A stretch of 64,000 nt of DNA from Deltaproteobacteria bacterium. Lineage in GTDB: Bacteria; Myxococcota_A; Polyangia; Fen-1088. A program made the translations under genes and the position numbers. Where the stretch lies: the NCBI GenBank assembly GCA_033763315.1, contig JANRKS010000035.1:160001-224000 (forward strand), in the 5' to 3' direction. Under the pieces are notes generated by a model. It made no database searches. It worked only from the letters and a program-made list of their open reading frames with translations, and was not told the DNA's origin. The first letter of the stretch is position 1; every line of letters begins with the position of its first letter. Positions 1-9,661 of this stretch are shown here, piece after piece.

Positions 1-420
1 ATGCGCGACAGCCGCATTGGCACGCACGGCGCCGTGGCGTTGGTGCTGCTTTTGATCGGCAAGGTCACCTTCACGGCTGAGCTTGTGGGCACGCAGGCAC
101 AAGTGTTGTGCCTTGTTCCGGCGGCCGCACGCGCCGCGGTGGTGCCCGCCATCGCGTGCTTCCCCTACGCGCGGCCCGACGGATTAGGCCGTGCCATGCG
201 CGACAATGCACAGCGAAGTGGCATCCTCATTTCACAGCTGTTCTTGCTCGCCACGCTGCTGTGGGTGGGGTTCGAACAATGGCCACGCGTGGCGGCGGCC
301 TTCATCGCCACGGCCGCGACCAGCCTGTGGCTTTCACGCAAACTGGGTGGCCTCACGGGCGACACCTACGGCGCCTGCATCGAATTGGCCGAACTGGCCG
401 CGCTAGCGTTCGCAATCTAG
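1..420 (+). CDS. cobS: adenosylcobinamide-GDP ribazoletransferase (cobalamin synthase), 5'-truncated by window edge
   Basis: Hydrophobic protein with CobS motifs MRDSRIGTHG and LGGLTGDTYGA. Confidence 0.9.
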   Translation: MRDSRIGTHGAVALVLLLIGKVTFTAELVGTQAQVLCLVPAAARAAVVPAIACFPYARPDGLGRAMRDNAQRSGILISQLFLLATLLWVGFEQWPRVAAAFIATAATSLWLSRKLGGLTGDTYGACIELAELAALAFAI

Positions 421-1461
421 CGTCAGCGGCACCGGCGTGCCCATGTCGATCACGTCAAAATCCTTGGGACGAATGGCTTGTAGATCGCGAGAGCCCAGCA
501 GGCCTTCCCACTTCGCCTTCGTGTGCCGATCGCTTTGCGCGGTGAGGGCTACGTTTCCTCCATCGGCCAACAACATGCCGTATTTCTGCAAGGCCTTCGC
601 CACCGTGCGTGCCCCGGCCGTGGGCAGCATATCAAGGGGATAGTCGCTGCGCAGACGCAGACGGACGCCATACGGCGGCGCTTGCATGGGGCCGGTGGTT
701 GCGCGTGTGCCGTGCGTGGCTGGCCTGACGTACTGGCCCTGTCGAATGCGTTCATTGGGCAAGATGAAACGAATGGCGTGTGCCACTTCACCCGCTGCCA
801 CTTCATCTGCGTTGAACAGCAGCGGTGCGATCGGAAAGCCTGCGGCGTCGGCGCTTGAACATTGATCGCCACGCCCCGTCGCGGGGTAAACCTTCGTTAG
901 ATCCCATACGGCCAAACACCCGCCGCGAAACGCGCCTTCAGTGACATGCGCGCGCCACATCTCGAACAACTTCTGGCCCGGCTCGTCCCATACAAGCAAG
1001 TGGCAGTCACCGTCGGGATCGGACGCACACGCATAGCCGTTGTTGCCTTCGATGTTGCCACCCGCGGGCAACGGCACCGGCACATTGTCGCAATCGGGGG
1101 TGAAGAAATCTTTGGTTGGCGTGAACGCACGGCGAGGTGTGTTTGCATCCGCCCGCAGAAGCTCAATGCCAAAATCGATTTGAAAACGGCCGAGGCCAAA
1201 GCCCTGGGCGTCAAGCCACGCAATGATGTTGGCGCTCTGGGGATCCTTGGCCGCACCTGATACGTCCCTCGTCCACGGGTTGCCGGACGGGAAGAAGTGC
1301 GCGGGCCCGGGCGTTGGGTTCATGCCTGCCGTTTGACCCGCTTGCGCGCCGCTTTTCCCTGCGCCGCCGCCGGCAGCCCCTGCCATGCCACCTGAACTTT
1401 CCCCGCCGTCACCGCTGCCACAGGCACACATCAACAACACGGCACACACGAGGCGCTTCAT
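403..1461 (-). CDS. putative lipoprotein, unknown function
   Basis: Likely start ATG 1461 (MKRLVCAVLLMCACG, lipobox-like), Gly-rich linker, then globular domain (PPYGVRLRL, ALQKYGMLLADGG). Confidence 0.7.
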   Translation of the reverse strand: MKRLVCAVLLMCACGSGDGGESSGGMAGAAGGGAGKSGAQAGQTAGMNPTPGPAHFFPSGNPWTRDVSGAAKDPQSANIIAWLDAQGFGLGRFQIDFGIELLRADANTPRRAFTPTKDFFTPDCDNVPVPLPAGGNIEGNNGYACASDPDGDCHLLVWDEPGQKLFEMWRAHVTEGAFRGGCLAVWDLTKVYPATGRGDQCSSADAAGFPIAPLLFNADEVAAGEVAHAIRFILPNERIRQGQYVRPATHGTRATTGPMQAPPYGVRLRLRSDYPLDMLPTAGARTVAKALQKYGMLLADGGNVALTAQSDRHTKAKWEGLLGSRDLQAIRPKDFDVIDMGTPVPLTLDCER

Positions 1462-1528
1462 GAATTGCTTATCGTATGGTCTGGCTGATCTCTTCAGTAT
1501 CGCGGCAGCGCATCGAATGGCCCGCGCG

Positions 1529-2812
1529 TCAGCCCCGTTGCGCCGAACGTAGCTCCTTGAGGCCCACGGTGCCTGCCACCCAGATCGGCAGAAAAAATAG
1601 GATAAACGGCAAGTTGTCTTGCTGAAACCAGGGCAGCACCTTGAGCGCCAAGCCCAGCAGCGAGGCATACATGGCCCACGTGAACAGCCGCTGTGCCCGC
1701 CGGTAAGCGCGCGCTTTGCCACGTGCCACGCCCACACCCAGCATAACCAAACCGAACAACCACAGGGGCGTTTGCAAGATGTTCTCATTGCCTTGGCTGC
1801 TGGTGTGGTTTGTGCCAAGCCACACAAACAGCAGAAAAGCGCCCAGGAACCCAAACACCAACCCGCCGAACGACAGCATTAAACCCAACACCACTCGGCA
1901 AAACACCGAGTTGACGGCCAGCCGGGCGCAAACGTAAAGCGCAAGCGCGCACAGCAGCCCCGCCAGGACGAACCATTTTGTGCGCGCTGGTGGCACTTCC
2001 GCTGGTGGCACGCGGCCAGGCGCGGGGAACAGCACACGTTCGTTTTTCACAAGCGGCACCAAGGCACCGTCGCGCTGCACTTTCACTTCGCGCAACGCCC
2101 GTTGCAACACTTGCGGCACAAACGTTTCCTGCCAACGGTTCGGTGCAAAATCCGTGTGGCCCGACAAGGCAAAGTGAAGGCCCACGTATTCCCACGTCAC
2201 GCCTTCCACCAGCCGCAAGGCGTGCTGCCTGAACGTTTGCCGCCCAGGCTGCGCCTGCAAAGCCGTTTTCAGCGCGCCCGAAACGCTGCCATCAATGGCG
2301 TCGCGCACGCGCGTGGAACAATTGTCCGTGAAGTAATCGTAAAGATACTCGCGGTTCTCGGGGCGCGCGTTGATTTGCAGACGGTGCTGCAGATCGAAGG
2401 CCTGCGCCTCCGTCAAGTTAAGCTCCTGCGCCTCGATGGTCCGGTTCGAACTCGTGTAACTCCACAATGTATCTTCGATGGAAGCCACTGAAAGCCAGTA
2501 ATAAAAACGGCCTTGAATGAACTTGGGAATCAGCGCGGGGTTGTCGAAAGCGAAGGTGCCAAAGTTGTATACGGCGCCGCCGCCGGTGGGTGGTTCGATC
2601 CAAATGGCATTGTGGCCAAACTTGAAGAACGCGTGATCGCCAGGGCCGAAGGTCAGCACGTAAACCCGGGGCGCGGGTTGCGCGTGCGCGGGGGCCGCAA
2701 GCCACACGAGACCACAAATCGCCAGCCAAGCCACAAGCAAAACACGCTGGATGCCGCGATGGCAAAAGCTTCGGCTGACTGCAAAACGGCGCATGAGCGC
2801 GAAAGCTAGCAC
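1529..2812 (-). CDS. DUF4105 domain membrane protein (Lnb-like lipoprotein N-acyltransferase family)
   Basis: Motifs LTFGPG..FGHNAI, VYNFGTF, YLYDYFTDNCSTRVRD; signal peptide; several C-terminal TM helices. Confidence 0.8.
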   Translation of the reverse strand: MLAFALMRRFAVSRSFCHRGIQRVLLVAWLAICGLVWLAAPAHAQPAPRVYVLTFGPGDHAFFKFGHNAIWIEPPTGGGAVYNFGTFAFDNPALIPKFIQGRFYYWLSVASIEDTLWSYTSSNRTIEAQELNLTEAQAFDLQHRLQINARPENREYLYDYFTDNCSTRVRDAIDGSVSGALKTALQAQPGRQTFRQHALRLVEGVTWEYVGLHFALSGHTDFAPNRWQETFVPQVLQRALREVKVQRDGALVPLVKNERVLFPAPGRVPPAEVPPARTKWFVLAGLLCALALYVCARLAVNSVFCRVVLGLMLSFGGLVFGFLGAFLLFVWLGTNHTSSQGNENILQTPLWLFGLVMLGVGVARGKARAYRRAQRLFTWAMYASLLGLALKVLPWFQQDNLPFILFFLPIWVAGTVGLKELRSAQRG

Positions 2813-2823
2813 GGACTCGCCGC

Positions 2824-3615
2824 CTATTGGGCGGGAACGAACTGCACCTCAAACAACTTCGGCCAGTTCTTGCCGGTGAGGAGAAACCGCTTGGTTTGCG
2901 GCACGTACGCGATGCCATTGAGGACATCGGTGCCGCGCCGGTCCGCGGGCGTCAGGAGGTTGGAGGCGTCGATCCATCCGGTGACGTTGCCCGTTTCGGG
3001 ATCGATCCGCGCGATGTAATCGTATTGCCAGATGTTGGCGAAAACCTGCCCGTCCACGCACTCAAGTTCATTCAAATTCCGCACGGGCGTGCCTTCCTTG
3101 CGAACCTCCACGTGGCCTGTCTCGGCAAAGGTTTTTGGATCCCGAAACGTCAAGCGGTCAGAGCCGTCACTCATCACCAAGCGGGTGCCATCAAAACACA
3201 GGCCCCACCCTTCGCCCGTGTAATCAAGCTGCTTGATCGGCTTGAGCGTCATCAGATCCCAATAGAGCGCTTTGCCATTTTTCCACGTCAACTGAATCAG
3301 CTCGCCGTTGACGTCCGCCAGGCCTTCGCCAAACAAATCAGCCGACACTGAGGTGACCAGCTCCACCACTCCCGTTTGCGGATCGGAGCGACGCACGCCT
3401 GATTGCCCGAAAAGGCCGGTGCTTTCAAACAGCTTGCCGCGATACCAAAGCAGCCCTTGCGTGAACGCCCCGGGATCATGCGGGTGCTCGGCCAGCACTT
3501 TGACTTTGAACGCCGTAAGCCCCTCGACAACAGCGGGCGCCTGCCTTTGGCAACCAGCGACGAGCGAGATCACACAAACAGCTGCCAGCGCACCACGCAG
3601 GGCCACCACGCGCAT
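2824..3615 (-). CDS. glutaminyl-peptide cyclotransferase (plant/bacterial type), lipoprotein
   Basis: PHDPGAFTQGL, ESTGLFG, FGEGL, GEGWGL, LNELE, VLNGIAY, TGKNWP motifs; lipobox LVAGC. Confidence 0.92.
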   Translation of the reverse strand: MRVVALRGALAAVCVISLVAGCQRQAPAVVEGLTAFKVKVLAEHPHDPGAFTQGLLWYRGKLFESTGLFGQSGVRRSDPQTGVVELVTSVSADLFGEGLADVNGELIQLTWKNGKALYWDLMTLKPIKQLDYTGEGWGLCFDGTRLVMSDGSDRLTFRDPKTFAETGHVEVRKEGTPVRNLNELECVDGQVFANIWQYDYIARIDPETGNVTGWIDASNLLTPADRRGTDVLNGIAYVPQTKRFLLTGKNWPKLFEVQFVPAQ

Positions 3616-3618
3616 GGG

Positions 3619-4290
3619 CTAGCTTTCGCTGAAATCGAGACGATAGATCTCGTCCATGTTGTCGGTGTTGTTGAGGTTCACACCGAGATCCTTGATCAGA
3701 CCGTCAGCCACGTCATAGACCCACCCGTGGATGACTGGCGCGCCCCGCTCTTGCCAAGCCTTTTGGATGATGGTGGTCTTCGACAAGTTATAGACCTGTT
3801 CCACCACGTTCAACTCGACCATGCGGTTTTCAACGTCCTTCGGATTGACGTAGGCCCGCAAGGATTCGCGGTGAATGCGGTAAACGTCCTTAATGTTGCG
3901 CAACCACTTGTTTAACAGCCCGTAGGATCGCTGGTTCAAAGCGGCGGCCACGCCTCCGCAGCCGTAATGGCCGCACACGATGATGTCTTCCACCTTCAGA
4001 ACGTGCACGGCGTACTCAAGCACCGACATCAAGTTGAGATCGGTGTGGACCACCATATTCGCCACGTTGCGGTGAACGAAGATTTCGCCTGGCAAGGTGT
4101 CGGTGATCTCATTGGCAGGCACGCGGCTATCAGAGCATCCGACCCACAATGTCTTGGGCCCCTGCCCTTTGGCCAGGCGTTTGAAGAACTCTGGATCTTG
4201 CTCAAGCTGCCTGGCCACGAAGCGGCGGTTGCCGTCGAGCAATCGCTGGTAGGTGGCCTGCGGCGGTTTGGGGTTCTCGGCGTCAGACAT
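3619..4290 (-). CDS. can: beta-class carbonic anhydrase
   Basis: Zn-ligand motifs GCSDSRVP, HRNVAN, VCGHYGCGGV. Confidence 0.95.
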   Translation of the reverse strand: MSDAENPKPPQATYQRLLDGNRRFVARQLEQDPEFFKRLAKGQGPKTLWVGCSDSRVPANEITDTLPGEIFVHRNVANMVVHTDLNLMSVLEYAVHVLKVEDIIVCGHYGCGGVAAALNQRSYGLLNKWLRNIKDVYRIHRESLRAYVNPKDVENRMVELNVVEQVYNLSKTTIIQKAWQERGAPVIHGWVYDVADGLIKDLGVNLNNTDNMDEIYRLDFSES

Positions 4291-4315
4291 GGGCGCTCCC
4301 TATAGCGCCCGCAGC

Positions 4316-5059
4316 CTAGAAATGCACGGCCACACCCAGACGGGAATGCGCCCGCTTGCGCTCAAGCCCGCCCAAAGGCAACGTTTCGGCAGGAATATCG
4401 CCCTCGGGCACGCTGCGCAATTTGGCCTCAAATGAGAAATCGGGCGCCAGCGTGTAGCCACCTTCAACGTAAACGGAGAACGCCAGGGCCCGGCCACCGG
4501 TCCACCAACGTTTGGGCTGGGTCACAAACCGCAGGCCCGCCGCCCCTGTGCCATAAAGCACGCTGTCGGACGCCCGCAGATTTGAGCTGCCAACGCCATA
4601 AAGGTTGATCTCGGCCGTGCTTCGCCCACCCGTCACTTGCACATAGGGATGCAAGTAACGATACACAGTCACGTCCAGCATGAGCCCAGCGCCCAACGAG
4701 CTGGATTCGTACTTTGTCGTCCCTTCAAACGTGCCGCCGCGGCTGTCTTCACCGGCAATTTCGATGCGCCCCGAGAGCCCCACGCGCCCGGGCGCCCAAA
4801 ACCGAAACATCGCCGCCGCGCCGCCGCCGCCGATGTCGCGATCGCTCGACACCAGGCGGTAGGCGTTGTCTTTCACGAACGCCGTGTTGCCAAACAGCTC
4901 CAAGCTCAAGCGTGGCGGTGTGATGGGATCTTCGGGCACCTCTTGCAACGTCCGCACGTGTGGGCTTGGACGCCATGTGTTTGCCGCGTGGGCCATGCCA
5001 GCGCCACAAACACCGGCCGCAGCCACACAAAACACGCCGGTCAGGTGAATCATTTTCAT
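4316..5059 (-). CDS. putative outer-membrane beta-barrel protein
   Basis: Signal peptide (AHA), amphipathic beta strands, C-terminal Phe (LGVAVHF); ATGA overlap with upstream gene. Confidence 0.6.
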   Translation of the reverse strand: MKMIHLTGVFCVAAAGVCGAGMAHAANTWRPSPHVRTLQEVPEDPITPPRLSLELFGNTAFVKDNAYRLVSSDRDIGGGGAAAMFRFWAPGRVGLSGRIEIAGEDSRGGTFEGTTKYESSSLGAGLMLDVTVYRYLHPYVQVTGGRSTAEINLYGVGSSNLRASDSVLYGTGAAGLRFVTQPKRWWTGGRALAFSVYVEGGYTLAPDFSFEAKLRSVPEGDIPAETLPLGGLERKRAHSRLGVAVHF

Positions 5060-6702
5060 GGGACATTCCTTTCGGTACGCGACAACAGATCCGTGGCCAC
5101 GAACCCGCGGATTGATTTGGCTGTCTCTCGGGTGGGCGTCGCTGCGTTCATCACGGTGACGTAGCCGCCGTTATCGGCATGCACCACGAGAAGCCGCGAC
5201 ACCATGTCGGGTTCTAACGCTGCCGGCGTCACCAGCACTTCCGTGGCCGGAGCGTCGAGGCGGATGTCACTGACGCCCAGCCTGCCAGGCACCAAAGTCA
5301 AAAGGCCGAGCCGTTCGCTGGGGGTCAACATGTAAAGCGTGCTTGGCGTCGCGCCGCTGGCACGCAAGCCACCAATGCCCACGTCACTTCTGATCGGCGA
5401 AACGGTGCGCGCCGCCAAATCCAAAACGGTCAACGACCGATCCATGTGTTGTAAAACGGCAAGACCTTGCGCAGGGAACGGCGACAGTCCGGTGGCGGGT
5501 GCGGTTAGATTCACAACTTCAAGGTTGCGCGTCTTCAGCGATTCGAGCTTAAGCAGGTCTACAAAGGTGGCCTTCGATGCCTTGCTCGGCAGCAAAAGCG
5601 CCTGCGGCGTTGGTTCCCCTGCACCCGGGCCCGCCACAGGTGTCCATACAGAAAGCCAACCCACTTCGTGCTCAATGGGGATCTGCACGGTCCGGCTTGA
5701 AACGGGGTCGATCACAAACAGTGCCTTATCGGCGCCGGCCACCAACAAGCGCGTGCCCTCACCGGCGTTGTACAGCACCATGCTGGAAGGGCTCGTGCCC
5801 GCGGCCAGCTGGCTCAACACCGCGCGAAAGTCATTCTTGGCCACGGCCGTTGCGGCTTCATCAAGGGGTGCAAAGCGCACCGAAAAAATGTCCGATCCGC
5901 CGCTCACGCGGATAAACACGCCTGGGCCCACCACGTCCCATTCCACCTGCACAGGGAACAGCGTTCGCCCGTCTTCAGGCAACGTTAAAGGAATGCTGAT
6001 CTCTTCACGGTTTTCCGCTTGTCCGTGCAGCAAATCCAGCAACGTGACGTAGTTCTTTGACCGCACCAACACCAAGGGGCGTGGCTGCTTGAGCGCCAAC
6101 ACCGGCGAAAAATCGATCGCGGTGGGCACGCCGCCAAGGCTCGGAACCGTCAAGGTGCGGGGTGCAATTGTAGGCGTGCTCAAATTCACGAGCGCCATCT
6201 GGTTTGGGTTGAACGCCACCTCTCCCGCTTTCGCGTTTGTTTCGGCGAAGAACAACATCACGAACGTGCCGTCCGCGCTTTGCGCGAAGCTTGTGTAACG
6301 CGCGTCCAGGGGAACCTTCACCGGCACCCCGCCCGCTGCAGGCAACACCCACAACGCGGGCGGCTCGTCTTTGACGTCGCGGGTGCCCACCAAACCGCGG
6401 CTGAGCACCAGCAGTTCGTCTTTGCCGTTGCGCTTTTCGTATTTCGCAACGGTGTGCCCCACCTCAATCGGCCGCGCGTGCGGCGTGCCCAAGTGTGCAT
6501 CCACCATAAACGCTGTGCCGTGCGTGGCGTCCACGAAGGCCAACGCACTGTCGAGCGGCACGGCCTTAAGGTCAGAGCGTGCACCCCAGCCCTGGGATTC
6601 ATCGCTGGTGTCGAAATCGCCACCGCACGCGCCCACATGCGCAGCGCCAAGCAACGCGAACGCCGTCAGCACATGCCTACGAGTCAAACCACCGGGTTTC
6701 AT
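5056..6702 (-). CDS. lipoprotein, probable beta-propeller
   Basis: TRRHVL Tat-like N-terminus, VGAC lipobox, repeated beta-blade-like segments. Confidence 0.6.
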   Translation of the reverse strand: MKPGGLTRRHVLTAFALLGAAHVGACGGDFDTSDESQGWGARSDLKAVPLDSALAFVDATHGTAFMVDAHLGTPHARPIEVGHTVAKYEKRNGKDELLVLSRGLVGTRDVKDEPPALWVLPAAGGVPVKVPLDARYTSFAQSADGTFVMLFFAETNAKAGEVAFNPNQMALVNLSTPTIAPRTLTVPSLGGVPTAIDFSPVLALKQPRPLVLVRSKNYVTLLDLLHGQAENREEISIPLTLPEDGRTLFPVQVEWDVVGPGVFIRVSGGSDIFSVRFAPLDEAATAVAKNDFRAVLSQLAAGTSPSSMVLYNAGEGTRLLVAGADKALFVIDPVSSRTVQIPIEHEVGWLSVWTPVAGPGAGEPTPQALLLPSKASKATFVDLLKLESLKTRNLEVVNLTAPATGLSPFPAQGLAVLQHMDRSLTVLDLAARTVSPIRSDVGIGGLRASGATPSTLYMLTPSERLGLLTLVPGRLGVSDIRLDAPATEVLVTPAALEPDMVSRLLVVHADNGGYVTVMNAATPTRETAKSIRGFVATDLLSRTERNVP

Positions 6703-8372
6703 TATTTGATGCCTCCGTTAAGCTCGAATCCGGTCACCGACTCAACGGCCCCCGTTTTCCAATCAATGAAGCTCAAGCGCCCTGCAGGATGCACTTGGCT
6801 CACAAACAAACGGCTCGTGCCCGAGAGCACCGCCAATGAAAGCGGCGGGCTGCCCATCACGTAATCCGTCACCACCAAGCTGGTCAGATCCACTTGCTGG
6901 GTAAGCCGCAGGTCGCGCGCGTCGTCGCGCAGCAACAAGAAGGCGAGGCTTGAATCGGTGGCAATTGCCAAGGGCCCCGGGTCAGCGTTGGTCAGTTGCA
7001 GCTTGGAAAAGCCGTCGGCCAGTTTGACCACCGAGTAGCCATATGAGCGATCAATCTTGGTATCAAGATCAATGCCTGCCGCGTTCGGATCGCCTGGCAG
7101 TTTGGCGTGCAACACCAGGGCCACCGCACTGTTGGGTGAGATCGCCACCGCTCGCACAGTCTTGCGCAGTTGCACAGGGCGACCGGGATTGACGCCATCG
7201 ATGGACGCCACAACGGCGCGCTCGATGTTGCCGACTGTGGTGTAGAGCAACGCTGATTTTCCATCAGGCGTCAACACGGCAGAGCCCACCTTCTCCGCTT
7301 CAAACGTTTGCACGATGCGCGCGGCCTCGCTGGTAAAACCAAGCGGCAAGGGCAACGTCACCATCTTGCTCACGTCACGCAGCATCGCCACTGCCACGAG
7401 GCCGTTGGGCGACAGATCTAGATCAGTGACGGGTGAGCCCAGATCAACCGTGGTAGCAACGGCCGTACTCAAATCAACCAGCGACACAAGACCCGTGCCG
7501 TCCTTGCGCGCCAATGCGTATTTGCCATCAGGCGTGATCGATACGTCGCTGGCGCCCATCGCGGACACGGGGCCCAGCGGCACAAGCGGAGCCACCGTGG
7601 GGCCTGTGACTTGTGCGAAGCGAATGATCGACACGCCGTCCTCGTTGATGACGAACGCTGAAGTGTTGTCTGCCGAAAACGCGACGCCATTGGGACGGAA
7701 GCCAACCGTCAACGGCACAGACGCATCCACGGCCGTCGCGTTCTGCGCCGATGCAAGCCGGATGAGGTGCACGTCTTGAAAGCTGCCCGTGGCCCCGCCA
7801 ATGCCACCATCAATGCGGCTGTCGTACCAGGCGATCGCGAAGGCACCGTTGGGCGACAGCGAGAGGCGGTTTGCCCCCGCGCCCACCGGCACCGTGCTTA
7901 CCACTGAACCGGCAGGCGTGGTGCGCACGATGCTGGCGTCGTTTGAACCGGCGTTGATCACCAACGCCACATCGCTGCCAGGCACCGTTGCCAAAAAAGA
8001 TGGCTTGTCCCCCACGTCCACCGTTCGAATCGAAAGGTTGGTGGAGTCGATCACGGCCACAGTGTCGCGCCGGGGGTTGGCCGCAAACACGTAGCGGGCG
8101 CCCGCGCGGGGCACTTCAAGCTCCACCTGCACTTCCGTTTCGGGGGGAAGCGGGGCGCCGGCGGTTCCACCGCTGCCTTCGTTGCTGACGCCAGCGTCGG
8201 CGTTTTGACCTGCTGGCGCGCCGCTGTTGCCCCCAAAGTTGTCGTTAAAACCACCCCTGCCATCGCCACTGGCGCTGTCAGCCTCGCCACTGCATCCGGC
8301 AAACAGCCCGGCCAAGGCCGCGGCGCCCATCCAGCCTAAGCTGGCACGTCTTTTCTGGCTTATGAACTTCAT
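6702..8372 (-). CDS. lipoprotein, YVTN/WD40-like beta-propeller
   Basis: FAGC lipobox; repeats SPNGAFA / TPDGKYA / SPNGLVA / TPDGKSA; TVAVIDS..IRTVDVGDKP. Confidence 0.7.
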   Translation of the reverse strand: MKFISQKRRASLGWMGAAALAGLFAGCSGEADSASGDGRGGFNDNFGGNSGAPAGQNADAGVSNEGSGGTAGAPLPPETEVQVELEVPRAGARYVFAANPRRDTVAVIDSTNLSIRTVDVGDKPSFLATVPGSDVALVINAGSNDASIVRTTPAGSVVSTVPVGAGANRLSLSPNGAFAIAWYDSRIDGGIGGATGSFQDVHLIRLASAQNATAVDASVPLTVGFRPNGVAFSADNTSAFVINEDGVSIIRFAQVTGPTVAPLVPLGPVSAMGASDVSITPDGKYALARKDGTGLVSLVDLSTAVATTVDLGSPVTDLDLSPNGLVAVAMLRDVSKMVTLPLPLGFTSEAARIVQTFEAEKVGSAVLTPDGKSALLYTTVGNIERAVVASIDGVNPGRPVQLRKTVRAVAISPNSAVALVLHAKLPGDPNAAGIDLDTKIDRSYGYSVVKLADGFSKLQLTNADPGPLAIATDSSLAFLLLRDDARDLRLTQQVDLTSLVVTDYVMGSPPLSLAVLSGTSRLFVSQVHPAGRLSFIDWKTGAVESVTGFELNGGIK

Positions 8373-8519
8373 GACAAAGCCACTTTACAGCAAGGGCCGT
8401 GCCGGGCCCGTTGAGGCCGCTTTTCCCTCAGATTTCGCGCAGATAAAGCGAAGGCCCCGCAAAACCGCGACAGGCTTGTCGTGATCTTGTCGGGGCCTGT
8501 TGAGCGCCGCTGGTGTTCG

Positions 8520-9569
8520 TTAGTCGCGGCGGCCCATGACCAAATCCACGAGATCTTGCAGCGGGCAGGTGGCCAGCGCGATCGCCGTGTCACACACGCC
8601 GTAATAAAGATAGATCAAGCCGTCCTTCACAATGTTGGCGGTGGGGAAGATGACGTTGGGAATGTAGAGCCCGAAGAGCTCGTAATATTCTTCCGGCTCC
8701 ATCACGGGAAACGGATAACGCTTGATGATCTTGCGTGGATTCTCGAGATCCAGCATCAAAGCGCCCAGGCGGTACACCACCGTTTTGCGGGCGGCATCGC
8801 GTGTTTCCACGCCGTGGTACAGGATCAACCAACCTTCGTCGGTCTTGATGGGCGGGGTGGAGCCACCAATGCGGTTGTTCTCCCAATCGAACTCGGGTTC
8901 AACGATGATCTCAGGCTTGCTCCACGTCTTAAGGTCCGACGATTCGGACAATTGGATGTAGCCCTTCATCGGTCCCTTGTGGTTGGCATCCACAAACGGC
9001 AACGGCCGCCGCAAAACAAAGTATTTGCCGCCGATGCGCTCGGGAAAAAGGATCACGTCGCGATCGTCGAGATCGGGCTCTGTGACCCAGCTGTGAAATT
9101 CCCAATCGTATAGGTTCTTCGACACAGCCAAGCCCGAGCGCGTTTGGTTTTCGCGTGGGTTCACCGTGATCCCTGGAAATTCGGTTTGGTGTGATTGCGG
9201 CACGCCCACGCCTGTGGGGTGAGAGCTCCACGCGTAAGGGCGAAACGCGAACGTCATATAGAACGTGTCATCGATCTTCACCACGCGCGGATCTTGAACG
9301 CTGCCGTACTCGCTGCCGGCCATCTTAGGCGTGAACACGGGATCCGGACGCGACAGCTTGAAATCAACACCGTTGTCGCTTTCGTGCATACCAACGGTGC
9401 AGATGAACGGGCGCAACTCTCCAGCGGCGCGCTCGAACAAATAAAACTTGCCGTTCTCGTAGATGGCACCGGGGTTAAACACGGTGGCTAAGCGCCACGG
9501 TTGGCCCCCAGGAACGATGATTGGGTTCTTGGGATGACGAACGAATTTGACGGTCTGAGGCAGCGGCAT
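8520..9569 (-). CDS. glycoside hydrolase family 130 (mannoside phosphorylase/hydrolase)
   Basis: NPII, VFNPGA, QDPRVVKID, DRDVILFPERIGGKY, GGSTPPIKTDEGWLILYHGV, NVIFPT, YYGVCD; start ATG 9569. Confidence 0.88.
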   Translation of the reverse strand: MPLPQTVKFVRHPKNPIIVPGGQPWRLATVFNPGAIYENGKFYLFERAAGELRPFICTVGMHESDNGVDFKLSRPDPVFTPKMAGSEYGSVQDPRVVKIDDTFYMTFAFRPYAWSSHPTGVGVPQSHQTEFPGITVNPRENQTRSGLAVSKNLYDWEFHSWVTEPDLDDRDVILFPERIGGKYFVLRRPLPFVDANHKGPMKGYIQLSESSDLKTWSKPEIIVEPEFDWENNRIGGSTPPIKTDEGWLILYHGVETRDAARKTVVYRLGALMLDLENPRKIIKRYPFPVMEPEEYYELFGLYIPNVIFPTANIVKDGLIYLYYGVCDTAIALATCPLQDLVDLVMGRRD

Positions 9570-9661
9570 GAGGTCCTTCCAGGAAGGCCCCAAGCAGACA
9601 TGGGGCCACAAGCCGTGTCAAGGCACCAGGAGGCCCCACATAAACGGTTTTGGCCGTTTTT

